Below are positions 30,503 to 41,100 of a stretch of DNA of 64,000 nucleotides, one piece after another. Both the position numbers and the translations under genes were made by a program. This DNA is from Carpediemonas membranifera BICM (lineage: Eukaryota; Protista; Fornicata): assembly GCA_019828565.1 (NCBI GenBank), contig JAHDYR010000025.1:620001-684000 (forward strand), read 5' to 3'. Position 1 is the stretch's first letter; each line of letters begins with the position of its first letter. The notes beneath the pieces were generated by a model. It was not told the origin of the DNA. It did not search any database and saw nothing but the letters and a program-made list of their open reading frames with translations.

Positions 30503-31903
30503 CTAGATCTTCGTCGGGTACGGCGCCCCGTCCAGCGTCAACTCCCCGCCGGCCTCCACAAGTTTCCACGCCTCGCGCCGCACCTCCTCGGTCAGCCTCG
30601 CCCACAGGTCCTGGAGCTGCGTGTACTCCGCCTGTGCGGAGACCCGCTCGGGCCCGGTGAGGATCGGCCGGCCGGTATGTACGCCCAGAGACTTCTCCAG
30701 AGTCGCGATCTGGACCTTCAACTCCTCCCGTCGCTTGACCGTTGCCACTGCCGCTTCCCAGAGTGTCAGGTCAGTTTCAAGCTTAGTGACCGTCGACAGG
30801 TGCATGTATGGAGCCACCATAGCGATCTTCTGCCCCAGCGGCATTCGCAGCGCTGTCCACACGGTCGCCACGCGGGGCCAGATGCCGTCCAGGGGCCTTG
30901 CATCGGGGACCACGACCTCGCTGGACTCGAACTCGGCCTCGCGGTACTGCTTGGAGTACGCCTCGAACAGCTGCCGAAAGCTGAACGACTCCGGCAAATT
31001 GAGCGTCTTAACCGGCGTGTACTGCCGCCAGATCCTCTCAAACGTGGTCGGCTGGCTGTTACTCTGGCCGAATGTCGCGTTTACCGCGGTCGTGAGCAGG
31101 TCCGAGGGGGCTGGGCTGGGCGGTGTGGGTGGGAACGTCGTGACGCCAAGCCCCGCCTCCTCCAGGGCGAGGACGAACTTGGACTTAGGGCGCATGGCGG
31201 GCGCAGTCCCCTCGTCCGTCTCGGCCTCCACTTGTTCTGCCTCGCTGGCTTTCCTAGACGAGGCCACCATCGCCTCAAACAGCCGCTGCTCCTCCCTGAT
31301 CAACCGGACGAGCACCTCCTGGGCATGATCAAACCGCAGCTCGCCCGCCTTGAACTCAGTGCCGTCGGGCGGTCTGTCCGAGACCTCCTCGACCAGTGAC
31401 CCGTACCGCCACGCCATCTCGGGCTGGACTGTAAACGGCCCCGTATAGTCTGCCACAGTGTACTCGTAAACCTCGGGCAGGGGCATCGTGGCGGCCATGG
31501 CCTTGAGTTGCTGGTAGTCACACACCACGGGGAGCAGTCCATGGTCAAGGTGCTCGACCCCGAATAGCTCGTGGAGTGTCTTGGGCTTGGGCGGGGGCGG
31601 GTGCTCGGGCTGGTCCTCTGGAAGAAGGGTAGGAGTGTCTCGGGCGACCTTGAGGGGGGTGTCGAGACCGTTCGCCATGCGGAGGAAATGAGACGTTGCG
31701 TTAGCAACAACTTGCTTTCTGGCTTCATTGACGTCTTGAACGCTCAATTCGTTTGTGCTTTCGCGATTCTTGCCATTAACGAATTCAATGAACTGCTTGC
31801 GTGCTTCTACGTCCTGCTTGACCTTCTTCTCCGCATCCACAACCCCAGATCGTATTTCTTTCAGCCTTTCACGCACTAGAGTGCGGATGCTGTTCGTTTC
31901 CAT
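30503..31903 (-). CDS. CCDC87-like coiled-coil protein (MAP65/Ase1-related C-terminus)
   Basis: VWTALRMPLGQKIAM, LWEAAVATVKRRE and LTLDGAPYPTKI resemble CCDC87 C-terminal motifs as recalled. First ATG at 31903. Confidence 0.6.
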   Translation of the reverse strand: METNSIRTLVRERLKEIRSGVVDAEKKVKQDVEARKQFIEFVNGKNRESTNELSVQDVNEARKQVVANATSHFLRMANGLDTPLKVARDTPTLLPEDQPEHPPPPKPKTLHELFGVEHLDHGLLPVVCDYQQLKAMAATMPLPEVYEYTVADYTGPFTVQPEMAWRYGSLVEEVSDRPPDGTEFKAGELRFDHAQEVLVRLIREEQRLFEAMVASSRKASEAEQVEAETDEGTAPAMRPKSKFVLALEEAGLGVTTFPPTPPSPAPSDLLTTAVNATFGQSNSQPTTFERIWRQYTPVKTLNLPESFSFRQLFEAYSKQYREAEFESSEVVVPDARPLDGIWPRVATVWTALRMPLGQKIAMVAPYMHLSTVTKLETDLTLWEAAVATVKRREELKVQIATLEKSLGVHTGRPILTGPERVSAQAEYTQLQDLWARLTEEVRREAWKLVEAGGELTLDGAPYPTKI

Positions 31904-32748
31904 GATCAGGATATTGTATTTCGATGAAGTTCGCTCGTTGTGAGAAATGAACAACTCCTATCGAGATCTAACTTGTCCTAGCCGTGCACCCTGCTCACAG
32001 CCTGATACGGACTAGAAAGGGTTAAAATTGTGTATGTGCAGTTTATGGCACATTCAGCTTGGCGATGGAGCATCGCATCCTAGAGATCTCGAACCTGCCT
32101 TCAGACGCGACGACAGAAGATATTTTTAAGCACTTTGGCCAATTCGGGCCAATCGTGCAGATCCGACGGTTTGTTCATTAGTTTCGGCGTTTATCCAGCG
32201 GAAATGCCCCACATACCCTCGGCAAGGCATACTGTGTGTATAAGGAGGTTAGCGATGCTGTTAAAGCGCGTCGAGAGCTTTCCGGAAAGCCCTTTCACCA
32301 CCGCTTCCTGACGATGAAGCCCTATCAGGTCCCCAGGACCGTGAAACCCGAGCTGTGAGGCACTGCGACCTGTAATAACTGTGGCAGTGATTGCTACCAT
32401 TGGTATGATCACACCAATCGGAATACTGCATGCCGGTATTGTGTCGTTAACCTCGAAAGGGTTGGGTGGTAAAACGCGCTTTCAATCCTTCATTAGTCCC
32501 AGTGTCTGCTTTCGCTTCACAACCAGCATAGGATAGCCATGTGGGTATTTCTGAGCATTCCTCTCAGTCGCCTGACGCCTCAGAGCGATGGCGCGCCGTT
32601 GCTTGGCATTGGCGTCCTCCATATCTTTGGCTGCCGAGTGCAGTGGATGCTGGGAAGTCAGCGCCCAGGTCAGAACAGCGCCCAGTTGCACTCAGGGGTG
32701 GCCAATCAAACGGAATTTTGATCGGGAGAACGTGCTTGTCAATATCAT

Positions 32749-33243
32749 ATGCTTGCGGAGCCATTAAAGGGCACCGGCTCTGCACTTCTGTGGGAAACAT
32801 ACCTTGAGGATTCCCGTGAATGCCAGAGAGCTATCGAAAACGCCGAGAGTTGCCTCCAGGGACTCGATTCCACTCAAAGGAGGGAAGAGGATGAGATGAG
32901 GAGAAGACAACAAGAGATTGCAAGGCTGAAAGCTGCCATACGTGAACTGGAGCAGAAGGAGCGCTCAAGACAGGCTTCCAAGAGCAGTGAAATCAAGCTC
33001 CGTCGCGCGCAACAGACGGAACTCGCAGACCTCGACGCCAAGTACAGGAGAGAGATCGCTTCACGCCGCTGTGTGATCGATGAGCTTCAGAAGGCCGGCG
33101 AGCGGGCGGGCCGAAGCACGGACGCCATCCAGCAGAGACGGATCGAGCGAGAGGAGGTGCTGCGCGGCCTCAAGAAGAAGATGCGGGCGCTCGATGAGGC
33201 GACATTCATGATCTTGGAGGCTGAGAAGCAGCTCAGCGGGTAG
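32749..33243 (+). CDS. Small coiled-coil protein, copy 2
   Basis: Protein identical to 23439-23933. Confidence 0.7.
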   Translation: MLAEPLKGTGSALLWETYLEDSRECQRAIENAESCLQGLDSTQRREEDEMRRRQQEIARLKAAIRELEQKERSRQASKSSEIKLRRAQQTELADLDAKYRREIASRRCVIDELQKAGERAGRSTDAIQQRRIEREEVLRGLKKKMRALDEATFMILEAEKQLSG

Positions 33244-33368
33244 GGCATGTGAGTGTTGAAGCCCACCCTTGAAGCCGACCTTGACGCTGATCCCGAGTAA
33301 AGCAGCTTACTGTTCACTGGTGAGGCGGGGACGCCGGTAGTGGCGGGTGCAGGCAGACCCAGGGTCGG

Positions 33369-35141
33369 ATGACGAGTTCAAGGAGGAGAACACAAACAAT
33401 GGCCGACGAGGACGAATTCAAAGACGTACAGCTGTCAGACTCGTCCGATAGCGACGAAGACTCCTTGAAACAGCTGAAATTGGACATGATCTCCAAGGAT
33501 GTCGAGAAATTTCAGATGACCGAATCGAACACTGTCGTTCCGAAGCCGCCGAGGCCCGCGCAGGACGGAAACCGCCCCGACACGATTGAGGACTTCATCA
33601 GAAACTTCCTGTCTCGCACAAACATGTCTGAGACGCTGGAGGCGTTCCAAGAGGAATGGCACGACGCGCAGGCGCGGAACGCTGGCATGATGGACGAGGC
33701 GCTGAGCCTCCCGAGCGTGTACGCGGAGAACCAGGCGCTGGAGGAGCGCATCCGCGCCATGCAGCAGGAGATGAGGCGGCTGCAGGCCCTCGCGGCAGAC
33801 TCGAAGAAGGTGTACAGCCGGCTGTCGAACGCGCGCGACTACCAGAAGATGAACCACCGTCGCGTCGTCCTCGACAAGCACAAGATCATGCGCCAGGTCA
33901 AGCAGAAGCTACACAAGATCGACGCGGCCGAGCCCGAGCTCCTCGAGATGACGCGCAAGTACGAAGTCGCGATGCGCGAACGCATGGTCACGAAGCTTGA
34001 GCGTGACCGTCTTGCTGACCGTCTGGCCACGCTGGAGAAGAGCGTCGCTGTCGAGGAGCCCAAGGAGGAGACGCCTCCCCCGCCTGACCGCACGCCGAAG
34101 AAGAAGAAGCGCAAGACGCTGACGATGGGGCCCGACGACGAGGAGCGCATCTACGAGGCGTGGGATACCGCGTACAACATGGAGCGCACTCGCGTCGAGA
34201 TGTTCCACTGCGTGCGGTCGATCACGGCGCACGAAAGCGGCGTCAACGGCATCTACACGCTCTGCAACAACGGCGAGGACGTCATGCTGCTCACGGCTGG
34301 TAACGACGGCACGTGGAAGCTCTTTGACGGCACGCCTGGCGGCAGCGACACGCCCGTCATCGTCGGCCACGGCCACGCGGACTGGCTCTCGTCCGTGAGC
34401 ATGGGCATCCACGACGGCGGCACCAAGGCCACGATCGTGTCGACCGGCGGCGGTGACAACCGTGTGATCATGTACGACGCGACGACGGGCCTTGGGAGCG
34501 TGCTGGCGACCGAGGAGGCGCCGCTGTGGGCGTCGGACTTCCACCACTCGGGCGAGTTCTTCTTGACCGCGGGGCACCGCGTCGTCAAGCTGTGGGACGT
34601 CGAGCGCAGCTGCTTCAGCACTCGCGAGCACACGTGCGCCGTCAACTCGGTGCGCTTCCGGCCGCTCAGCAACCTCTTCTGCACGGCGTCTGCCGACAAC
34701 TCAGTGTCCATCTGGGACCCGCGCGTCGACGCCAGCTGCGTCGCCACCATGTTCCACAGCACCGCTGTCAACGACGCCATCTTTTCGCCCGACGGGCAGC
34801 GGCTGCTTTCGTGTGATGCGTCAGGCTACATCGCTGTGCACGACATTCGCGCGACGAAGACGGCGCTCGACACAATCCCGCCTGTCGCGTTCCCCACCTC
34901 GCAGGGCGGCTACGGCGCCAACTCGATCGCGGTCGACCCGAGCGGGCAGACTGTCGTCGTCGGCACTAACGCCAACGAGATCCGCGTGCTCAACCTCGAG
35001 GGCGAGCAGAACTCGATCAGCACGCTCGACTCGTCGCCGCACGTGGACGCGGTGAACGCTGTTCGGATCCACAGCGACGCGATGCGGACACTTCTGTACA
35101 CCGCGAGCAGCGACGGCAGCGTCAAGATCTGGAGCACGTGA
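33369..35141 (+). CDS. SPAG16: PF20/SPAG16, copy 2
   Basis: Identical to copy 1 except AHDS versus AHES. Confidence 0.88.
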   Translation: MTSSRRRTQTMADEDEFKDVQLSDSSDSDEDSLKQLKLDMISKDVEKFQMTESNTVVPKPPRPAQDGNRPDTIEDFIRNFLSRTNMSETLEAFQEEWHDAQARNAGMMDEALSLPSVYAENQALEERIRAMQQEMRRLQALAADSKKVYSRLSNARDYQKMNHRRVVLDKHKIMRQVKQKLHKIDAAEPELLEMTRKYEVAMRERMVTKLERDRLADRLATLEKSVAVEEPKEETPPPPDRTPKKKKRKTLTMGPDDEERIYEAWDTAYNMERTRVEMFHCVRSITAHESGVNGIYTLCNNGEDVMLLTAGNDGTWKLFDGTPGGSDTPVIVGHGHADWLSSVSMGIHDGGTKATIVSTGGGDNRVIMYDATTGLGSVLATEEAPLWASDFHHSGEFFLTAGHRVVKLWDVERSCFSTREHTCAVNSVRFRPLSNLFCTASADNSVSIWDPRVDASCVATMFHSTAVNDAIFSPDGQRLLSCDASGYIAVHDIRATKTALDTIPPVAFPTSQGGYGANSIAVDPSGQTVVVGTNANEIRVLNLEGEQNSISTLDSSPHVDAVNAVRIHSDAMRTLLYTASSDGSVKIWST

Positions 35142-35270
35142 GCGGTGTGTATATAGATGTTTTTTAAACCGTGTCAGGTCCTTTATGTAATTATGTAATT
35201 CCCTTTTGGGAGTGATCGCAGACGCTTGTTACAGCTGTGGTTTCAGTGAAGAGGCAGCACCGGTATGCCT

Positions 35271-35909
35271 CTAGCGCGCCTCGTCTACCTCTATTTCCGG
35301 CACTGCCATCCAGCAGGTGTCGTCTGGGACGGCCGTGCTGGTCACCTCGGGCATGGCGAGGGGGTCCCGACCCAGCCAGATGAAGCGGGTCAGCATTGAT
35401 CTCTCAAGCCTCGAAAGATGATCCAAATTCAACCAATACTGCTCCAGAGCCTCCTCCAAGGCCTCGCTATCGGGTTCTGAGCTCGCGATGAACACGGCGT
35501 GCTTGTCGAGGATTGATCCGTGCATACAGGGGATGAACGCCGTATACTTGGTAGTGGAGACAACCACCGTGGATATGCGGAGGCCAACCGCCAGTGGAAC
35601 GCTTCCTTCGCGGGCGTACAGCGTGTGATCGATGCCGAGTGCCGTGAAGACAGTGGCGAGGGATGCTCCAAGCATGCTGGGAGCTAATGCTGGGACAAGG
35701 ATTGTAACTACCATCACATCATCCGGATTGATGTACATCTTGGCGATTTCTGGCACGAGGACGTTCATATTGTAAGTGTGAAGAGCGTGCTCGCTGACAC
35801 CAGGAGCAATCGCAAATGACGGCAAGGAGAATATTTCTATACATGAAGGGACCGCATACATGTGCATGCTACTCTCCGTAACATCCAGGATCACCTCAAA
35901 CACGGCCAT
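35271..35909 (-). CDS. Highly divergent, short actin-related protein (Arp10/Arp11-like?)
   Basis: EVILDV (phosphate-1-like), LATVFTALGI and IPCMHGSIL (cf. actin VPIYEGYAL). Only 212 aa, so the family call is tentative. Confidence 0.45.
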   Translation of the reverse strand: MAVFEVILDVTESSMHMYAVPSCIEIFSLPSFAIAPGVSEHALHTYNMNVLVPEIAKMYINPDDVMVVTILVPALAPSMLGASLATVFTALGIDHTLYAREGSVPLAVGLRISTVVVSTTKYTAFIPCMHGSILDKHAVFIASSEPDSEALEEALEQYWLNLDHLSRLERSMLTRFIWLGRDPLAMPEVTSTAVPDDTCWMAVPEIEVDEAR

Positions 35910-35976
35910 CGTCAAGTGCAGATTAAGGTCGAGGGTTGCTCAGTCACTCACTCGTCTCTGGCTGTGGAAGCGCTGC

Positions 35977-36377
35977 TTCCTTGCCGGCCATGAGGCCTGG
36001 TGCATGGGGTACGGCGGGGTGTCCGACTGCAGCCGAGTTGCTTGGCAACGAACGAACGACATGAGCAATGAAGGCAAGAAGACGCGAGAGGCGCTGATCA
36101 CTGCCCATCGGCTCTCAATCACGGCCACGAGCAGCATCGCAGGCGACATCCCCTCGCTCATGGCCTGCGCGTACCAGCGCCACTTCAACGAGGAGATTCC
36201 GCTCAGATCTGGCGTGCTGTCCGCATTAAGGACGTTTATCCACAATCATACAACCACAGACGCGCTGCAAGATGGCCACGATCTCGAATCCCTCATCGCC
36301 ACGCTCTCAGAGATCCCCCCTCTCGAACCATCCGCGCAAGCCCTCCTCGACCGCGCCCGCTCGATCCTCACCAGCGG
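35977..36377. repeat. Duplication C, copy 1: F5 upstream region and 5' CDS (inverted copy at 58516-58919)
   Basis: Reverse complement is near-identical to 58516-58919. Confidence 0.93.
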
Positions 36378-37779
36378 TCCACGCCTAAGCATGAACATCG
36401 TGCTCGCAGAGGGCGAGGAGCTCCCGGTCGCCCTGCACACGCTTCTCCAGGGCACGATCTGGGCGACCCTGCTGCATGGAGGGGTCGACCCGGACCTGGG
36501 GATGACGAACGAGAAGGCTACTGAGCACCACATGCGCCGCAGGGACAGCGATAAGTTCCCCTGGTTTCTCTGCCGGAAGTTCTTCTTCGTCCACGAGGTC
36601 GCCAGCCGCGATTGCCAGAGCCATTGGGCAACGATCCAGTGCCCCGCCTGGCGAATGCTGTATGCGGGTAGACTCTTTGAACGCAGTCACCCCAACCCCA
36701 TCGTACCGGACCTAGCTCCCCAGGACACCGGGTTTTCCTGGATCCGGGCCCCGCCGATCGTCTCCATCTTCAACATGGACTGTGACTCCTTTCTACTGCT
36801 TGCCACACCACATGGTATCTATAGTTATGAGAAAAGCACCTTATTCTTTTCGGTCAGCGGCCGCTTCCCGCGAGACCACGAACTGCCCGCGCGGGTCGAC
36901 TTCGCCAACTGTCCTAGTGTGTCGGGGCTCGAGCGACAGCTGCCACTGTGGCACAAGCACCAAGTGCTTGTCGACATGGCCGCGGACGCGTTTGGATGCG
37001 TCGTCCTGACACCTGCCGGCGTGGCTGCCGCGGGAGGTGTGCAGGACTTTATGCTTGGCGACACTGACAATGAGGTTGGTGAGAATGTGGCCGATGCCTA
37101 CTTCCTGCCAGTTCCCCTGCCCGCACGCTTTGTCCCAACACGCCTGATAGCAGATATTGATTTGGATGTGTTCATTTTGTCCATGGGCGATCGGCAGATG
37201 ATTGCCGGGTCCAATTGGCGCTCCCGTCTTGGCATCGCTGATGAGCATGGCACCTTCGTCAACCTTCCGTTCCATGTCGACCAGATAGTCTTCGTCGAGG
37301 AGACCTTCTGCATTTTTCGTGACGGCAAAACGCTCCTGTTCGCCGGCGCAATTCATGATATTTTTGTGAATCCAAGCATGATTTCATTCGAGACGGTTGA
37401 AACCACCCACCCCCACCCGACGCAGTTCAAGACCCCAGTTAGCCGACTCTTCATGGATCGCAGGGACTTGCTGGCCGCAGCTGTTGTTGCTGAGGGCAAG
37501 ACCCACTGCGCCTTGATGTGCCTCCCCCCAGGCATCACTGACGTCGAACCTGGCCCCCACTCGGCCGCACTGTCCGTCTGCCACCGGGTGCTTTCATTTG
37601 AAGTGACCAGCGTGGCCCTGCTCGGGACCCACAGTTCCAGGCTACTCCTGCAGAGACCGGTCGAGGGGAAGGACACCTGGGTGACGGTGGACCTCATGAC
37701 CAGCGAAGACCCGACTCCCGTGGATAGAACCACCCTGGATCGGACACCTTTCATCCTCGACGAGCTTCCTTTGGTGTAA
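36061..37779 (+). CDS. Family member F5
   Basis: MSNEGKK..., GDIPSLMACAY, GPRLSMNIVL, LHTLLQGTIWATL, DPDL, WFLCRKFFF, LPLWHK and LSMGDRQMIAGSNWRSRLG. Start chosen by alignment with paralogues; the longer track start overlaps the neighbouring gene. Confidence 0.9.
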   Translation: MSNEGKKTREALITAHRLSITATSSIAGDIPSLMACAYQRHFNEEIPLRSGVLSALRTFIHNHTTTDALQDGHDLESLIATLSEIPPLEPSAQALLDRARSILTSGPRLSMNIVLAEGEELPVALHTLLQGTIWATLLHGGVDPDLGMTNEKATEHHMRRRDSDKFPWFLCRKFFFVHEVASRDCQSHWATIQCPAWRMLYAGRLFERSHPNPIVPDLAPQDTGFSWIRAPPIVSIFNMDCDSFLLLATPHGIYSYEKSTLFFSVSGRFPRDHELPARVDFANCPSVSGLERQLPLWHKHQVLVDMAADAFGCVVLTPAGVAAAGGVQDFMLGDTDNEVGENVADAYFLPVPLPARFVPTRLIADIDLDVFILSMGDRQMIAGSNWRSRLGIADEHGTFVNLPFHVDQIVFVEETFCIFRDGKTLLFAGAIHDIFVNPSMISFETVETTHPHPTQFKTPVSRLFMDRRDLLAAAVVAEGKTHCALMCLPPGITDVEPGPHSAALSVCHRVLSFEVTSVALLGTHSSRLLLQRPVEGKDTWVTVDLMTSEDPTPVDRTTLDRTPFILDELPLV

Positions 37780-38147
37780 AGCAAGGCACATTGTTAGCGG
37801 CAGCTGGGCGATCTGAGTGTCTGCTCGCTCAGCGTTATCCCGCTCAGATTAACTAGAAACATAAATGGCGATTTGCAAATGATTCCACTCTGCCTGCAGG
37901 TCCGAAGGCCCAGACCGGGCCCGACCGGTCAACGAATGTATGCCAAGGGTGTGGTCCCAACTGAAGCAATGGCAAGTTGAGACACATCCTGTCTGAACGC
38001 CGAAAATGATATATTTATGACTGTTCTTTGCGACCCACGACACCGTCAGCGTCGACCTCAGTGTACGTCTCACCATGCCAGGCTTATCCCAGAGACGGCC
38101 CCACCACATACACTTCACTGAAGCTCTTTACACAGCCACGGTCACCC

Positions 38148-41100
38148 TCATAGGCCACACCCACACGACCCAGTGTCACACTTCTCATGGAACGCATGCC
38201 CGCACATGTAAATGACAACGCTGGGGATCTCTGCCGTCGCTCGGCTCTCATACTGCCCCAGGCCTCGGAGACGCCGGACGGGAATCACGCTGGTGGTGTC
38301 GCAGTTGGCTTCATAGCTAGTGATCAGTGGGTCGCCGCACTTGGCGCAGTCCGTTGCAACACTGACAGGCAGCCGCTGCTCGCGATACAGTCTGTTGAGC
38401 AGGACGATGTGGTCAGCGGCGAGACACAGGCACAGAGTCTCCTGGGCAGAGTGGCGGAAGGACATAGCCTCGAACAGCTGCGACAGCGTGGTCACGATGC
38501 TCGAAAGAGTCAATTCACCCGCCCCGCTCTCCTCGTTCATCACATAGGCGTCCAGCAGGATCCCCACAATTTCACTCGGGTCCATGATGGTCTCTAGCGT
38601 CTCAATAATAACAGCCATGATCTCATGCTGATGCCGCCCTGCCGCCTTGGCTACAGAATCAGGAATATTCGAGACTTCCGAGTCAAACCGCGTCATGGCC
38701 AGAGCCGAGGTGATCGTGCCGGACCAGAGCCGGGGGGCGATGTTCTCGTCCTTGCCGTGCATTTTAACGCCGAGGTCGAGGGAATGAACGACGGACTCGC
38801 GCATGGGGGGCAGGACAAGGTCGAGGGCCTTGGCCACGTCCTCGTCGCTGAGGCCAGTGGTCTCACAAAGCCCGCGGGCGGCAGTGACATATCCGTGTAG
38901 GGCGACGCCGACCCATTCAGTGAGAATCGACTCGGCCTCGACCGGCTTGCCGAGGGAGTAGTAGAACTCCGACAGCTGGGGCTTGAGATCATACCGTTTG
39001 CAGACTTCGATGACTGTAGTCGATTGCATACTCTTCATGTGCCGCCGGATGAAGGCCTCGATGAAGTTGGCGTAGTCTTGTGAGGTCGACCCGAGATCGC
39101 AGAGGAGGTTGAGGAGCGGGCTGATGTCCGTGTCTCGCATGCTGTACGTTACCTGGGATCTGATCTCGTCAAACGGCTTCTGAGACCGCTCGACGATGAA
39201 CTGCAGAGCTTCACTGCTCTTGGGCACGAGACTGAATGCAGAGGCAGTGAGCACGAGCACCAGGTCCAGCTGGGTGTGGCGGCACTCGTCCCTGTTCAAC
39301 GCATGCACTGCCTGCTCGACGCTGTGGGGGAAGACGGTCATCGCCATGAGTACGGTGCGGTGGCGGTCCCGGTCAGAGAGCTCGACACAGTGCTCGAGGA
39401 ACATCTCCTGCATGTCGGACTCGTGGTAAACTGCACAGGCCGCCATGTAGTCGAACACCAGGCCAGGGAACTCCTTGGCGTCAAGGGCAAGGAGGTGGGT
39501 GAAGCACTCGGGCGTCTTTCGAACGAGGTCACAGAGTACGGCCGCCGTGACGTGGTTGTCGGCAGCCTGCGCCATGACAATGGCGTTGGGCGCCGACATA
39601 GACGGCTTCTGCGTGTCCTCAGCCCGACCCAGCACGCCCGCGTAGTACAGGCGGAGCAGGCTCTGCTGGTGCCAGCCCATCGCCTCATGCAGCGCGGGAC
39701 TGGCATCTGTGAACCCCGCGAGCGTCAGCAGTGCGCTGTGGTGGTATGGGACCATTGGCCCAGAGACCAGGCGGGAGGCCAGGATGGCAGGGGCGTCGAT
39801 GGAGAGCTTGGCGATGTCCGAGGCGGCGAGAGGCGGGTTGAGTGCGGCCAGACTCTCTTCAGAGACAGTGGCGCCGCCTGTGATCACGATGGAGATGATC
39901 GTGGCAAGCTCGATGGGCTTGAACTTCGGCCGGACCTCACTGTATCTGCCGAGGGCGAGGGCGATGAAGCTGGCGAACTTGGCAACGGTCTGTGGGCCTA
40001 GCGCTGTCCTCGCGGATGCTGTTCCTATAGTAATGCGGGCAATCTGCGGGAGCTGGACAGGGTGGGCGCGGACGATTGCCTCGACCAAGCCGAGTGTCCT
40101 CTCTGGCCTCATCCGGAGCATGTCGAGCAGGGCGGGGTTCGTCTCATTGAGGATGAAGTCGTACACGTTGGTAAAGAGGAAGGAGAGGACCGTCTGGGGC
40201 AGGGCGTCGGTGCGGACGGGGTCCTTGGTCAGCCGGACGGGCACGAGCAGCTTACCCGTCGTGCTGACTGAGAGAAAGTCGAAGAGCGAGTCGACGAGGA
40301 AGGGGTCGGGCTCTGGGTCGTCTGCCAGACAGCGGAACACGGCGAATGCCTCCTTGGTGCAGTCTGCGATCGACAACTCCACGAATGACCGTTGGGTCGT
40401 GTCGGTTGTAAGAAGCCGGGCAAGGCCATCCTGGAGCTGCAGTGGGACGAGCCCGAGGGTCTTATACATGTGGAGCATGGCCTCGGCGGGGCGGACGTCG
40501 TTGAGTGCAAGGCAGCACGCGACACGGCATGCTTGATCGACACCAGAGGCGGCCTTGACGTACTGGAGGACGCGTGTGAGCACGGGCACGGGAAGGGTCT
40601 GGAACTTCATGTCCCCGGCGTATGACGCGAATACCGCCAGCATCGCGTTGGCCGACTTTGGGTGCAGTTTAAGGTCACCAGCATCAGACAAATATGTGTT
40701 AAACAGGTCAGAAACAAGAGATGCAGCCTCCCTCATGTCAGCTGTGAGGATGAACGCCTCGGCCAACACTACGGCGGCCACCCTTGCCTTGTCGACTCTG
40801 GCGTCCGACGGCTCCGTCCCGAGCCCCTGTGCGCTCGTGACAAACTTCGGGACGAGCTGCCGGGTGTTCTTGAGCAAGTCACTGCGCAGCGCCTGTTTCT
40901 CTGCGTCCGAGGACTCCAGTGCGGCAAACAGGTGGTCGACGGCCTCATACAGCTGTCTCTTCGCCATAAGCTGCTCGACGACGTCACCCCATGTCTTGAG
41001 CGTAGAGCTGAACACAACTGTCTCCGTCGGGGAGGCGAGAAGGATGGTGATGCCGTCACACAGCGCCCAGTCCTTCGCCCCCGAGATCGTCCGCGTCAGG

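Larger units (their letters stand above)
32030..35414. repeat. Segmental duplication A, copy 2 (probable source locus)
   Basis: Same sequence as 22721-26104. Here the actin-like gene continues intact past the boundary. Confidence 0.97.

Noticed and set aside
35860-36060. ORF-track N-terminal extensions (F5, and TTG/GTG starts of several genes)
   Set aside because: They overlap neighbours or promoters and lack homology. The first suitable ATG was used instead.
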